Assembly: GCA_048938025.1 (NCBI GenBank)
Contig: JBHLMP010000013.1
Coordinates: 12,004 to 76,003, forward strand
DNA length: 64,000 nucleotides
Source of the DNA: Promethearchaeota archaeon
GTDB taxonomy: Archaea > Asgardarchaeota > Lokiarchaeia > Sigyniarchaeales > SOKP01
Reading direction: 5' to 3'
The position numbers and the translations under genes were made by a program. The notes under the pieces were generated by a model. That model saw nothing but the letters and a program-made list of their open reading frames with translations, was not told where the DNA came from and made no database searches. Below are positions 10,063 through 20,349 of this stretch, piece by piece (positions within the stretch are counted from its first letter, which is position 1; each line of letters starts with the position of its first letter).

Positions 10063-10863
10063 ATGAGTATTCAAGATAAATCAAGGAAACATCCAAAGAT
10101 TAAACGATTAAATGGAAATACGACAATTCATAATTTATTTATTTTTAATAAATCTGGTATTTGCTTTTATGGCAAAAGTTTTACAGACTTTTATACTATG
10201 GAGAAAAATTTAATCTCTCCATTCTTAACAGCATTAATGTCCTTTTCTAAAGAAATGATAGGGAAAAAATTTAAAACAATAGATATGGGAGATATAAAAT
10301 TAGCAATCTTTGAAAAAAGGGAAATTTACTATGGTGTTTTATGTGATACAATTGAAAATATAATTCTATTAGATGAGCTTATTTCAAAAATTAATAATCA
10401 TCTTTTAGATTATATAAATAAAAATAAGATTAATATTACAGCTGAAATAGTTTACGACAGCAAATTAAATGATACTATAAATAATATTATTGACGATACC
10501 TTTAGTAACGAATTTGATTTAGAAAAGGAAGAGAAGATTATTGAATACTTAAAAGAGTTAACTCAAAATGATGAAATTGATGGGATTATTTTATTAACAA
10601 ACAGAGGAAAGCTCCTTTATTCCTCTTTAAATAAAATAGATTTAAGAACTTTTTTAAAAGAAGTTGATTTTCGTGTGAAAATATGTAATAATTCAATATT
10701 AAAAATGTTTTACACTTTCAAAAATAAGAAATTTATTTTTTCAGAGTATGTGAATGATTCCTATTTTGTAATTTTAGTTTTTGATTCAAAAATAAAATTT
10801 GGAATGGCAGAATTTATCTTAAGAAAAATTGTACAAAATATCAAAGTTCTTTTAATCAAGTAA
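10063..10863 (+). CDS. Longin-like plus roadblock-like domain protein
   Basis: N-terminal IHNLFIFNKSGICFYGKSF...LISPFLTALMSFSKEM is longin-like; C-terminal EIDGIILLTNRGKLLYSSL is roadblock-like. Confidence 0.6.
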   Translation: MSIQDKSRKHPKIKRLNGNTTIHNLFIFNKSGICFYGKSFTDFYTMEKNLISPFLTALMSFSKEMIGKKFKTIDMGDIKLAIFEKREIYYGVLCDTIENIILLDELISKINNHLLDYINKNKINITAEIVYDSKLNDTINNIIDDTFSNEFDLEKEEKIIEYLKELTQNDEIDGIILLTNRGKLLYSSLNKIDLRTFLKEVDFRVKICNNSILKMFYTFKNKKFIFSEYVNDSYFVILVFDSKIKFGMAEFILRKIVQNIKVLLIK

Positions 10864-10991
10864 TTTTTGGATCTTGTTTTCATTAGAAATCTTTAGATTT
10901 TTTACGAAAATTTATGAACTATAAAAACTAACTTAAAATTTGATTTAATCCAACTAAAAATTAATTATTAAAACATGAAATTAGATTAAAA

Positions 10992-11495
10992 ATGTCAAAA
11001 TCAGAACAAGATCTTAAAGATGCCTTTGCTGGTGAATCTCAAGCTAATAGAAAATATTTAGCATTTGCAGAGAAGGCAGATAAGGAAGGGTACGCTCAGG
11101 TAGCGAAATTATTCCGCGCAGCAGCAGCTGCAGAAACAGTTCATGCCCACAATCATTTAAGAGCATTGAAGGGGATTAAGTCTACAGCTGAAAACTTAAA
11201 GGAGGCAATTGGAGGAGAATTTTATGAATTCAACCAAATGTATCCTGAATTTATACAAGATGCTAAAGATGAAGGGAATAGTTCTGCAGAAAGAACTTTT
11301 AACTATGCAAATGAAGTAGAAAAAATACATCATAAACTCTATGAAAAGGCTTTAAAGGCCGTTGACAGTGGTAAAGACTTAGAAAAAAAAGAAATCTATA
11401 TATGCCCAGTATGCGGATATACACATGAAGGAAATCCTCCTGAGAAATGTCCTGTTTGTGGAGCTATTAAAAAGGTATTCAAAAAAGTTGAGTAA
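10992..11495 (+). CDS. rbr: Rubrerythrin
   Basis: AFAGESQANRKY, AETVHA, EKIH di-iron motifs; C-terminal CPVCGY...CPVCG rubredoxin. Confidence 0.95.
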   Translation: MSKSEQDLKDAFAGESQANRKYLAFAEKADKEGYAQVAKLFRAAAAAETVHAHNHLRALKGIKSTAENLKEAIGGEFYEFNQMYPEFIQDAKDEGNSSAERTFNYANEVEKIHHKLYEKALKAVDSGKDLEKKEIYICPVCGYTHEGNPPEKCPVCGAIKKVFKKVE

Positions 11496-11529
11496 TAAAA
11501 TAAATTTTTTTATTTTTTTTATAATTTAT

Positions 11530-13104
11530 CTATATTCGCCAAGGATTATAACACTCTTTAATTTTTTTTAGATAATTATTCATAGAGAAATTCAAATCTT
11601 TTTGAACTTTTCGTAATGACCCGAAATTAGCACCATTTAAATAATAATTTATAAGAAGCTCTGATATATTTTGATCTCCTAAAGAAAAAAGTGTTTGCAA
11701 TCTAGCATTTTTAACAATCTCTTTGAAATTTTTAAATTTAATTTTAATTGATGGTATCTTTTTTAATTCTTGAGTTAAACTGTGATAGTACTTGTTAAAT
11801 TTATTATAATTTTCTTCTAAATAGAAATCAACCTCTTTTTCATAAGGTGTATTTAACTTAGGGATAAAAGGATTAATATTCACTCTAAGTGAATTAGTAT
11901 CAAAACCAATATTACTTAAATTTTTAATTAAATCAATAATATCATTTATATTTTCATCTTTTTCATTTGGTAAGCCTATTAAGAAATAAAGTTTAACGTT
12001 CTTAATTTTAGATTCTTTAATTTGAGCCAAAACAGAATAAATCTTATCATTTGAAATCCTTTTTCCTAATTCGAATCTTAAGTCTTCCGTACCTGCTTCT
12101 GGAGCAATAGTTATTGTTTTAACATCTCCCTTTTCTAAAATAGCAATAATATCTGAAGTTATGTGTTCAACACGTATGGATGGTATAGTTAACCTTTTTT
12201 CTTTACTAATTATAAATTTACAGATATCCTCGAATTTGGGATGAGATGACACACAAGAACCTATTAAACTTATTGTATCAAAATTAGAATACTTCACTCC
12301 CATTTCAATTACTCTTAATATATTTTCATAACTTCTATTTCTAAATGGAAAATTATGAAAAGAAGAGATACAAAATTTACATTGAAAAGGGCAACCGCGA
12401 TTAATTTCTATGAAAAAGTTGTTTTCAAAAATGTTAGAAGTCTTTGAAATAAGTTGAAATATAGGAATAGGTGACTTATTCAAATCTTTAAGAATGCCCC
12501 TCTCGACCTTATTATTTAATGACGGAACAAAAATTCCACTTATTTTTGTTGCTTTTTCTAATAATTCTCTAAAATCTATTTTATTTTTCTTAAAATCATG
12601 GAAAATTTTGAAAAATAAATCGAAATTTGGCTCAGAATCACCTATAAAAAATATATCAAATATTTTACTTAATGGTAATGGATTTGAAGTTACTACAGGT
12701 CCTCCACCGATAATAAGTGGGTAGGGTTCTTTATCATCCTTAGCTAATATTAAACGTTCTCGAGAAGTTAATGGGATATCTGATTTTTCTAAAATCCACA
12801 GAATATTTTTAAAATCATTTTCGAAATGAAGTGAAAATCCTATTATATCGAATTCTTTTGGCAATATTTTATTTTCTAAAGATCTTATATTATTTATAGA
12901 GGAATAGTCTTTGGAAGCAGGGAATCGTATATTTTCAGGTAAAAATATACGTTCACATGCAATATTTTCATAGGAGTTTATTAGGAAATAAAGTAATCTG
13001 ATTGTATAAGATGACATGCCCAATTTGTGAATATTGGGATAAATTAACCCAAATGAAAAATCAATTGTTCGCCAATCTTTAATAATTATATTTTCAGATA
13101 TCAT
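11530..13104 (-). CDS. Radical SAM protein with B12-binding-like N-terminal domain
   Basis: EINRGCPFQCKFC (CxxxCxxC), IIGGGP, TIAPEAG, YFLIGLP. Confidence 0.88.
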   Translation of the reverse strand: MISENIIIKDWRTIDFSFGLIYPNIHKLGMSSYTIRLLYFLINSYENIACERIFLPENIRFPASKDYSSINNIRSLENKILPKEFDIIGFSLHFENDFKNILWILEKSDIPLTSRERLILAKDDKEPYPLIIGGGPVVTSNPLPLSKIFDIFFIGDSEPNFDLFFKIFHDFKKNKIDFRELLEKATKISGIFVPSLNNKVERGILKDLNKSPIPIFQLISKTSNIFENNFFIEINRGCPFQCKFCISSFHNFPFRNRSYENILRVIEMGVKYSNFDTISLIGSCVSSHPKFEDICKFIISKEKRLTIPSIRVEHITSDIIAILEKGDVKTITIAPEAGTEDLRFELGKRISNDKIYSVLAQIKESKIKNVKLYFLIGLPNEKDENINDIIDLIKNLSNIGFDTNSLRVNINPFIPKLNTPYEKEVDFYLEENYNKFNKYYHSLTQELKKIPSIKIKFKNFKEIVKNARLQTLFSLGDQNISELLINYYLNGANFGSLRKVQKDLNFSMNNYLKKIKECYNPWRI

Positions 13105-13160
13105 TAATGAATTGTTTATAAATTGATATAATTATAATAAATTTACTTTTAATGTACTTT

Positions 13161-13958
13161 TTATTTAGCAGTTCTAAGTTTTTTAATTTCTTCGACAATT
13201 AAAGGTAATATCGTGCCAGTTTTATGATGTATAACAACTTCTGCTTTTGAATCTAAATACGTAGGTTCATCGTTTACAATTATTAACTTTCCGCCTTCTC
13301 TCAGAGTATAAATTGGTAGATCACAAACAGGAGCAACCTCAAGAGAAGAACCCGCAATTAACATAAGGTCTGATTTTTTAGCAATATCTTGAGAATAATA
13401 AATTTCAAATTTAGGTAAACTTTCTCCAAACAGAATAGCTGAAGGTTTTAAAGGAGATGCACAAACATCGCAAATTGGAAAGGATTTTTTATCTTTTTTC
13501 AACTTATTTAAAATTTGTTCTTTTGTATAGCTAGCACGACATCCAAGACAAGTAAATCTATTAATATTGCCATGTACCTCATAAACTAGAACTGCACCAG
13601 CTTTCTGATGAAGTTCATCAATATTTTGAGTTATAATTGCCTTTACAATATCCATTTTTTCTAATTCAGCAATAGCATAATGACCTGGATTTGGTTTAGC
13701 ATTAAATAGTTTAGGTGCTATTTCTTCTGCCATTTTCCAAAATTTTGAGGGATCTTTTAAAAATGATTTAATATCTCCATAAATTTCAGGTTTGTATTTT
13801 TTCCAGATACCAGAATCACTTCTAAAATCTGGAATTCCTGACTCAGTTGAAATTCCTGCTCCTGTTAATACAATTGCATGTTTAGCATTAATTAGCAAAT
13901 TAGCAGCATGATAAATTTTTTTTTTTTCAATTGCTTTTATTATTTTCATCTTGTACAA
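13161..13958 (-). CDS. cobB: NAD-dependent protein deacylase (Sir2 family)
   Basis: TGAGISTESGIPDFR, TQNIDELH, EVHGN, CxxC...CxxC, GSSLEV. Confidence 0.93.
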   Translation of the reverse strand: MYKMKIIKAIEKKKIYHAANLLINAKHAIVLTGAGISTESGIPDFRSDSGIWKKYKPEIYGDIKSFLKDPSKFWKMAEEIAPKLFNAKPNPGHYAIAELEKMDIVKAIITQNIDELHQKAGAVLVYEVHGNINRFTCLGCRASYTKEQILNKLKKDKKSFPICDVCASPLKPSAILFGESLPKFEIYYSQDIAKKSDLMLIAGSSLEVAPVCDLPIYTLREGGKLIIVNDEPTYLDSKAEVVIHHKTGTILPLIVEEIKKLRTAK

Positions 13959-14193
13959 GTCATTCTTTTAATCAATTTTTATATCATATGTCAAATGTCT
14001 TGAAAGATTTAACATCGATTAAACTATTAATTTTAATATTTTTTAAAATAATTATTAATTAATAATTTTGAGGATAATATATTAGAAGGAAATATCTAAT
14101 AAATACACAAATTAAATTTAAAATCTCTAGTTTTGTAAAAATTAAAAAGAATTAAATTATCTAATTATTTTTACATTCATAACAACAATTTAA

Positions 14194-15120
14194 ATGAGAT
14201 TTCAGCCTTACAAAGTTTTCTCTATGATCTCTGGCTTTTCAATTATTTTAGAGGATGTTATTCTTTATTGTTCTAATAAAAAGAAGTATCCTTCTTTTGA
14301 AATAGTACTCTTTGTAGAAAAGCTAATGAGAAGTATAAATCCTAGAAATTCATGGCGTTTAAAGAAAATTTGTTTAACAAGTAAGAAATTAGGGAAAGAA
14401 CGGATTATTATTAAACATATAGTCACCAAGAAAAATCAAAATTTATTCTTTTGTATTGTTGGCAATTTTCTTGTAGGATCTAGTCAAGCTTTTAAAATGC
14501 TACAAGAATTTAGTAAACAAGTTAATAATCATTTTAAGAACTTGGCTGAATTAGAAGAGGCGTCAAAAAAATCTTCATTTAAAGAAATTATTAATCTTAT
14601 TACTAATTATCTAAAAGATAAATACGTTGAATACTTAAAGGAGGAAGAAATCGACCAAGATATTACTACTAGTAATAATAATACTATTCTTTATGCAGGA
14701 ATTTCTACCCAAGGTTTACCAATCATATCTCAATTATATGATAAAAATTTATTCAATAATTTAGAAAGAGAAACAACCAAAGAAAATATAGAATTATTTA
14801 TTTCAGATCTTTCTGCTAAACTAGCTACTATTGCGATGAATACTCAGATTCGAGCTAAAACAAAAATTAAAGAAATTCATTTAAATGATATTGAAGTTAA
14901 TAATAACAACAAGAAAATCATTTTGTTTGGAAGCATTAATGGGTATTCTATCGATTTTATTGCATCTGGTAATTTTTATAAGATTAAAGGTATATTTAAA
15001 CAACTCAAATCTAAAATGGTTTTAGATAATATCTTTAAAAACGAATTTTCTGGAGATTTAAAACCTTTTAAACATTTAAAGAAATATCTTAATGAAGTTG
15101 TAAAAGATTTTGACTATTAA
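14194..15120 (+). CDS. Hypothetical protein, possibly two longin-like domains
   Basis: Two beta-beta-alpha starts (ISGFSIILEDVILYCS; ILYAGISTQGLPIISQLY...LSAKLATIAM). Confidence 0.45.
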   Translation: MRFQPYKVFSMISGFSIILEDVILYCSNKKKYPSFEIVLFVEKLMRSINPRNSWRLKKICLTSKKLGKERIIIKHIVTKKNQNLFFCIVGNFLVGSSQAFKMLQEFSKQVNNHFKNLAELEEASKKSSFKEIINLITNYLKDKYVEYLKEEEIDQDITTSNNNTILYAGISTQGLPIISQLYDKNLFNNLERETTKENIELFISDLSAKLATIAMNTQIRAKTKIKEIHLNDIEVNNNNKKIILFGSINGYSIDFIASGNFYKIKGIFKQLKSKMVLDNIFKNEFSGDLKPFKHLKKYLNEVVKDFDY

Positions 15121-15148
15121 ATTATAATATATATAATTCATTTCATTC

Positions 15149-16441
15149 ATGAAAGCTGTAATCTTAGCTGCGGGAGAGGGAAAGCGTCTAAGACCGATTA
15201 CTTCAACTCGTCCTAAGACCATGATTCCTCTAGCTGGAAAGCCTTACCTTGCACATACTATTTTAGGATTAAAGGAAGCCGGAATTGAACATGTTTTAAT
15301 GGTGGTTGGATATAAGGAAAAATTGATAAAAGAATACTTTGAAACTTGCAAGAAAGTATTCGACATTAAAATTGAATTTATTACTCAGAAAGAATATTTA
15401 GGCACAGCTCACGCAGCTGGTCATGCTAAAGATTTCATTAATGATGAACCTTTCTTATTAATGTATGGTGATATTCTAGTAGATAGAACCGTTTTTAAAG
15501 AAATAATCCAAAAATTTAAAGAATTTAAAACTGATGGGCTTATTTCATTAATTGAAGTAGATAATCCTGAAAATTTTGGAATAATTTCACTCGATTCTAA
15601 TGGTTTTGTTGAGAAAATTACTGAAAAACCAGCTTCAGAATTAAACCTAGGAAACTTAGCAAATGCTGGAATTTTTATTTTTGATTCGATGATATTTGAT
15701 GCTATTAGTAAAACAGAAAAATCAATTAGGAACGAATATGAGTTTACGGATTCTATGGAACTCCTTATAAATCAATTACATAAAAAAATCTATGGATTAA
15801 TTATTGAAGATAGATTTTGGAGTGATATAGGATTACCATGGCAAATAATAGAGGCAAATGCTTACCTTTTAGAGGGTATTAAAACAAATATTTTAGGAAA
15901 TGTTGAAAAAAATGTGGTTTTGTCGGGTAATGTACATATTGGAAAAAATACAGATGTTAAAGCTGGTACCTATATCCAAGGACCATGTTATATTGGTGAA
16001 AATAGTTTAATTGGTCCTAACGCTTTTATACGACCTTTTACTTCTATTGGTGATAATTGTCATATTGGAATTTCAGAGGTTAAGAATTCCTTAATTTTTT
16101 CTAATACTGATGTTCCACATTTTAATTATGTTGGTGATTCCATTATTTGCGAAAATGTAAACTTGGGCGCGGGAACAAAACTTTCAAACTTGAGATTTGA
16201 TAATAAAAGTATAAAAATGAATATTAATGGAAAATTGATTGATTCTGGTCGAAGAAAATTAGGTGCGATTATTGGACCTAATTCACAAACAGGGATTAAT
16301 GCAAGTATAATGTGTGGTAAGAAGATAGGTGAAAATTCTATAATTGGAGCACATACATTGGTAAATGAAGATATCCCTGCGAAAACTCTCTATTACCAGG
16401 ATTTAAAAGGAAAAATTGTAAAGAAACCTATTCCTTATTAA
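15149..16441 (+). CDS. glmU: Bifunctional sugar-1-phosphate nucleotidylyltransferase/acetyltransferase (archaeal GlmU)
   Basis: AVILAAGEGKRLRPIT, LGTAHA, YGD, EKP; hexapeptide repeats with HFNYVGDS and NLGAGT. Confidence 0.92.
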   Translation: MKAVILAAGEGKRLRPITSTRPKTMIPLAGKPYLAHTILGLKEAGIEHVLMVVGYKEKLIKEYFETCKKVFDIKIEFITQKEYLGTAHAAGHAKDFINDEPFLLMYGDILVDRTVFKEIIQKFKEFKTDGLISLIEVDNPENFGIISLDSNGFVEKITEKPASELNLGNLANAGIFIFDSMIFDAISKTEKSIRNEYEFTDSMELLINQLHKKIYGLIIEDRFWSDIGLPWQIIEANAYLLEGIKTNILGNVEKNVVLSGNVHIGKNTDVKAGTYIQGPCYIGENSLIGPNAFIRPFTSIGDNCHIGISEVKNSLIFSNTDVPHFNYVGDSIICENVNLGAGTKLSNLRFDNKSIKMNINGKLIDSGRRKLGAIIGPNSQTGINASIMCGKKIGENSIIGAHTLVNEDIPAKTLYYQDLKGKIVKKPIPY

Positions 16442-16466
16442 TTTTTTAAATTTAAAATTAAGAAGT

Positions 16467-18191
16467 TTAGATTTTGTTTAATTCTCTCTTTTTAAATAAG
16501 CGTAATAATTTTGAGAATTTTAAGGCTTTACCATTATAATCTAGTTCTGCAAGTGCTTGTTCTTGATAAGCAACAAACACTTTTTCTGACAATTCTTCCC
16601 AATCTCTACAAATTTCAAGAGTTTGCTCATCATTTCTAATCAGACTCTCGTAAGACATAATTCGATGAAATTCAAAAGCTAATTGTTTTATAATGTCTTC
16701 ATCAGCACCCTTCAATAAATCACGAATAAATTCATCTGAAGAATACCAATCCTTCACTCTTTGAAAGTCCCGATGGATTTGTGTAAGTAGAACTAATCTG
16801 GGACCTTCCCAGAGTTCCATTATCATCGAATCCCTATGTAGTCGTGGAAAAGATAAGAAATCTTCCATAATTCCATGACCTCCAAAAAAAGAAATAGCCC
16901 TTCGAATCATAGCTGGTGCTTCATCAGCAACCACAATCTTTTGGAGCATTATCAATTCTCTTAATCTAAAACGATGCTTACGTTCTTCTAGATCTTCTAT
17001 CTTTTCCAAGTCCCTTATACCACTTATTAATTCTTCTCCAAAGTGTATAAATTCAGAATAAACTTTAAAAGCTCCTGCTGCTGTTCTTTTAGCAAAATCA
17101 TTTAGTTCCTTAATCTGGTTAATTAGCATAGGAAATGAGGCTACAGGGACCCCAAAAGCCGTTCTAAATTGAGTATATAAAGTTGCTTCTCGAGCCACGC
17201 GTAATGCTCCAGCAGCCATACCAAAAGCAACGTGAAGGCGTGATAGTGATAATACAATTCCAACCACATCAGCAAGTCCTTTTTCAAGTGGACCAACTGG
17301 ATAAGCTACAGCTCCATTATAAGTTATTTCTGCTGTTGCTAATTCTGCAGTTCCCAGTTTTTGCTTAAGACGATCAATTGTATATGAATTTCTGATTTCA
17401 TTCTCCTTATTCGTTGGAAGCCAAGATGGAACAACAAATGCAGCAACTCTGGTTGAGGATGATGTTCCCTTGGGTTTAGCAGTCACCAATGCATAATCAG
17501 TATGAGCTGCAGAACAGAAGAACTTTTGTCCATATAACCTCCAACAATTTGAAATGCCATCGGGACCCTCAGATTCCTCGAAATTAGCTTCAACAAGATT
17601 AGTCGGAATATCACTTCCACCTTGAATTTCGCTCACAAATTGGGCACCTCTACTATACTCTCCATCCATTCCATCTCTAACATAGCCGAGAATTTCTCGC
17701 GCTTCAGGAGATAATTGCTCTTCATACTTCTGCATTAACCAAACTAACCCATGTGTACATGCAACAGGGCACATTACTCCCGCTTCTCCATTCTCATATA
17801 ATAAGAAGATTTTAACAAATCTACTCCACGCACTATTTCTTAGAGGATCAAACAGTCCAAGGCTAAAAATTTGACGCTCTAATGTTTCAGTTTCCATACA
17901 ACGCTCTATGCGATCAATCCGATGATTATGAGCATCATAATGTTTAACTTTCGTGACTTTTATTCTATTTTCAAGCTCATTTGCTTTATCTGAAAGATCT
18001 CGAAATCTGAATGATACATAATCCGACAGTGCTCGAAGATCACGGTCAATTTTTTCAAATTCATTTCCAGTATATTTTTTAACTAGAGCTTGAAGAAATT
18101 CATCATCTCGATAATAATTAAAATGCTTTCTCACAAACAAATAATCATCAAAAGAATATGGATTATTTCTATTACCTTCTTGAGTAGACAT
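16467..18191 (-). CDS. Acyl-CoA dehydrogenase family protein (AidB-like)
   Basis: CPVACT, AQFVSEIQGGSD, GQKFFCS, RLKQKLGT, FGGHGIMED, ELWEG. Confidence 0.9.
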   Translation of the reverse strand: MSTQEGNRNNPYSFDDYLFVRKHFNYYRDDEFLQALVKKYTGNEFEKIDRDLRALSDYVSFRFRDLSDKANELENRIKVTKVKHYDAHNHRIDRIERCMETETLERQIFSLGLFDPLRNSAWSRFVKIFLLYENGEAGVMCPVACTHGLVWLMQKYEEQLSPEAREILGYVRDGMDGEYSRGAQFVSEIQGGSDIPTNLVEANFEESEGPDGISNCWRLYGQKFFCSAAHTDYALVTAKPKGTSSSTRVAAFVVPSWLPTNKENEIRNSYTIDRLKQKLGTAELATAEITYNGAVAYPVGPLEKGLADVVGIVLSLSRLHVAFGMAAGALRVAREATLYTQFRTAFGVPVASFPMLINQIKELNDFAKRTAAGAFKVYSEFIHFGEELISGIRDLEKIEDLEERKHRFRLRELIMLQKIVVADEAPAMIRRAISFFGGHGIMEDFLSFPRLHRDSMIMELWEGPRLVLLTQIHRDFQRVKDWYSSDEFIRDLLKGADEDIIKQLAFEFHRIMSYESLIRNDEQTLEICRDWEELSEKVFVAYQEQALAELDYNGKALKFSKLLRLFKKRELNKI

Positions 18192-18293
18192 ATAAAAGTT
18201 TTCCTTAAATTTGTAATTTTAAATTAAAATCAATATTTTATATAGAATAAGTAAGTAATTAAAAATTTACTTTTGATCAACTTATTATAGCGT

Positions 18294-19097
18294 TCATTCA
18301 GTTTTTTCAAACTCGCTTTCCTCAGCTGGAACTGCTTTATTTGTTTCTGTAGGAGGTGAAGGTCTAGTTTTGCTTTGAAGTTTTTTTACGTTAATACGTT
18401 CTGTTCTTCTTATTTCTGATTTTCGAGACCTTTTTATGGGAACTTCAACAATTTCAAATTCCTCTTCTTTAGGAACATATTCTTTATCTACTCCACCTTC
18501 AGGAATAGATATTAATTTACTTTTAATTATCACAGAATTAGATAATGGATATATGGTTTTTGCTACTCTTTGAATTTGGTTCTGAAATTCTCCATACACC
18601 ATGCCAACAATGAATTTCTCGTGATTTAGTGATCTAGCAAATTCTTCTAAAATTTCTCTCATAATCTTACGTATTAAAATTTGCTGAGTATTTCTAGCCC
18701 TTTTTATTGCAGTACAAATCATCGTTACACGAAATTTATAATTATCCAATGTTTTTAAATTCAAAATAATCTGGATTTTTGAACTCCCTCTCCCTATTAA
18801 AGATCTGATGTAATCATTTGTGTAACTATGGCCGACAAAAACAGTATCGCATTTCTTTGAATCTTCATTTACGTTGATGACTTTGAAACTCAATTTTAAG
18901 CTAATATCAGAATAACTATTCGTGAAATCATAAAGAAGAGTCTCAATCACCCTCCCTAAAATATTATTTTCCACTCCAATAATATCACCAATATCTTTAA
19001 AATTGAAACTTTTAGGGGCTGAAATTGTATACCAATTCTTGTCCTTATACAAGACTTTTTTAGTTTTAGGTTTCCTTTTTCTTGCTTTTTGGCTCAT
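18294..19097 (-). CDS. rps3ae: 30S ribosomal protein eS1 (S3Ae)
   Basis: KNWYTISAP, GRVIETLLYD, DYIRSLI, IYPL; directly downstream of rps15. Confidence 0.92.
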   Translation of the reverse strand: MSQKARKRKPKTKKVLYKDKNWYTISAPKSFNFKDIGDIIGVENNILGRVIETLLYDFTNSYSDISLKLSFKVINVNEDSKKCDTVFVGHSYTNDYIRSLIGRGSSKIQIILNLKTLDNYKFRVTMICTAIKRARNTQQILIRKIMREILEEFARSLNHEKFIVGMVYGEFQNQIQRVAKTIYPLSNSVIIKSKLISIPEGGVDKEYVPKEEEFEIVEVPIKRSRKSEIRRTERINVKKLQSKTRPSPPTETNKAVPAEESEFEKTE

Positions 19098-19110
19098 GTC
19101 TTTGGTCCTC

Positions 19111-19569
19111 CTATCTTGCTACCAATGTTCTAATTTTTTCTGGGTCATATTTGAAATCTACCGGTAGCTTTTTCTTTTTCTTATAATATTTAATTAATCG
19201 GTAGATTTTTGATTCTGTTCTATTAAGACCCTTTTTTGCCTCTAGATCCTTATGGTTTGATTCGAGATGTTTTCTAATAGTTAATGCTTTTTTTACTAAG
19301 TTTGAAAGTTCTTCGGGTAATGGGGCTTCTATTTCATTATCTTTGAGGATTTGACTGATTGGTTTTCCTGTCACTATTTTAACCAATGGTACCCCATAAC
19401 TATCTCGTAATACTACTCCTATCATTGAAGCGGAATAACCCTTTCGAGCAAGTTTAACAACTAGATTTTCAACTTCTTCAGCAGAATATTCTACCCATAC
19501 GGGTTTCTCTAATCTAGCAGGGCGCCTACTTCCTGCTCTACCTTTCTTACGAGAATGCATCCGAGCCAT
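19111..19569 (-). CDS. rps15: 30S ribosomal protein uS15 (S15P/S13e)
   Basis: MARMHSRKKGRAGS, IGVVLRDSYGVP, ESKIYRLIKYYK. Confidence 0.97.
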   Translation of the reverse strand: MARMHSRKKGRAGSRRPARLEKPVWVEYSAEEVENLVVKLARKGYSASMIGVVLRDSYGVPLVKIVTGKPISQILKDNEIEAPLPEELSNLVKKALTIRKHLESNHKDLEAKKGLNRTESKIYRLIKYYKKKKKLPVDFKYDPEKIRTLVAR

Positions 19570-19717
19570 TTTTTTCTTCCTGGTTCTACTTTTTACAGAA
19601 AATATAAGCTAAATAATAAAATAGATAAAGAATCATATAAAATAAAATTTTGCAATTTAAATTCTAATAGAAGAAGATTAACAAAATAAATTTTGGCACT
19701 CAATTATTAAAATAATT

Positions 19718-20302
19718 ATGAACAATAAAAATGAAATTCTCTATTTTATTACTGGAAATAATAATAAATTTAATGAAGTTTTGAGTTTTTTCGAGAAAGA
19801 AAGCTTAAATTATTTTTTAAATCAAAAGAAGATTAAAACACTTGAAATTCAAGCAGATTCTATCAATGATGTAGCTTTATTTAAATTAAATAGCATAACG
19901 GAAAAGATTAATGGCTCTTTTTTCATTGAAGATGCTGGATTTTTTGTAGATATCCCCCTCAATGGTTTTCCAGGTGTTTATTCTTCATATATATTGAGAA
20001 CCATTGGTAATGAAGGAATACTTAAATTAATTAATGATTTTGCTCAATCAAGAGCTCATTTTTGTGCAGTTATTGCTTTATATTTTAAACCCAAAGATAA
20101 GGTATACATTTTTAAGGGAAATATAGAAGGGAGAGTTTCGAGTAAAATTAGAGGTAAGGGTGGATTTGGTTTTGATCCTATTTTTATCCCTGATATTATA
20201 CCTAATAAGACTTTTGCTGAACTCTCAATAGAAGAAAAAAATCGTGTATCTCATAGAGGGATAGCATTAAAAAAATTAGTTAAATTTCTTAAGGAAAATT
20301 AA
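19718..20302 (+). CDS. rdgB: XTP/dITP diphosphatase (RdgB/HAM1)
   Basis: TGNNNKF, EDAG, GFPGVYS, GFGFDPIF, KNRVSHRG. Confidence 0.95.
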   Translation: MNNKNEILYFITGNNNKFNEVLSFFEKESLNYFLNQKKIKTLEIQADSINDVALFKLNSITEKINGSFFIEDAGFFVDIPLNGFPGVYSSYILRTIGNEGILKLINDFAQSRAHFCAVIALYFKPKDKVYIFKGNIEGRVSSKIRGKGGFGFDPIFIPDIIPNKTFAELSIEEKNRVSHRGIALKKLVKFLKEN

Positions 20303-20349
20303 ATTTATAAAAAAGCTTTTCAAAATTTGAAAAAATTAAAAGAAATTTT

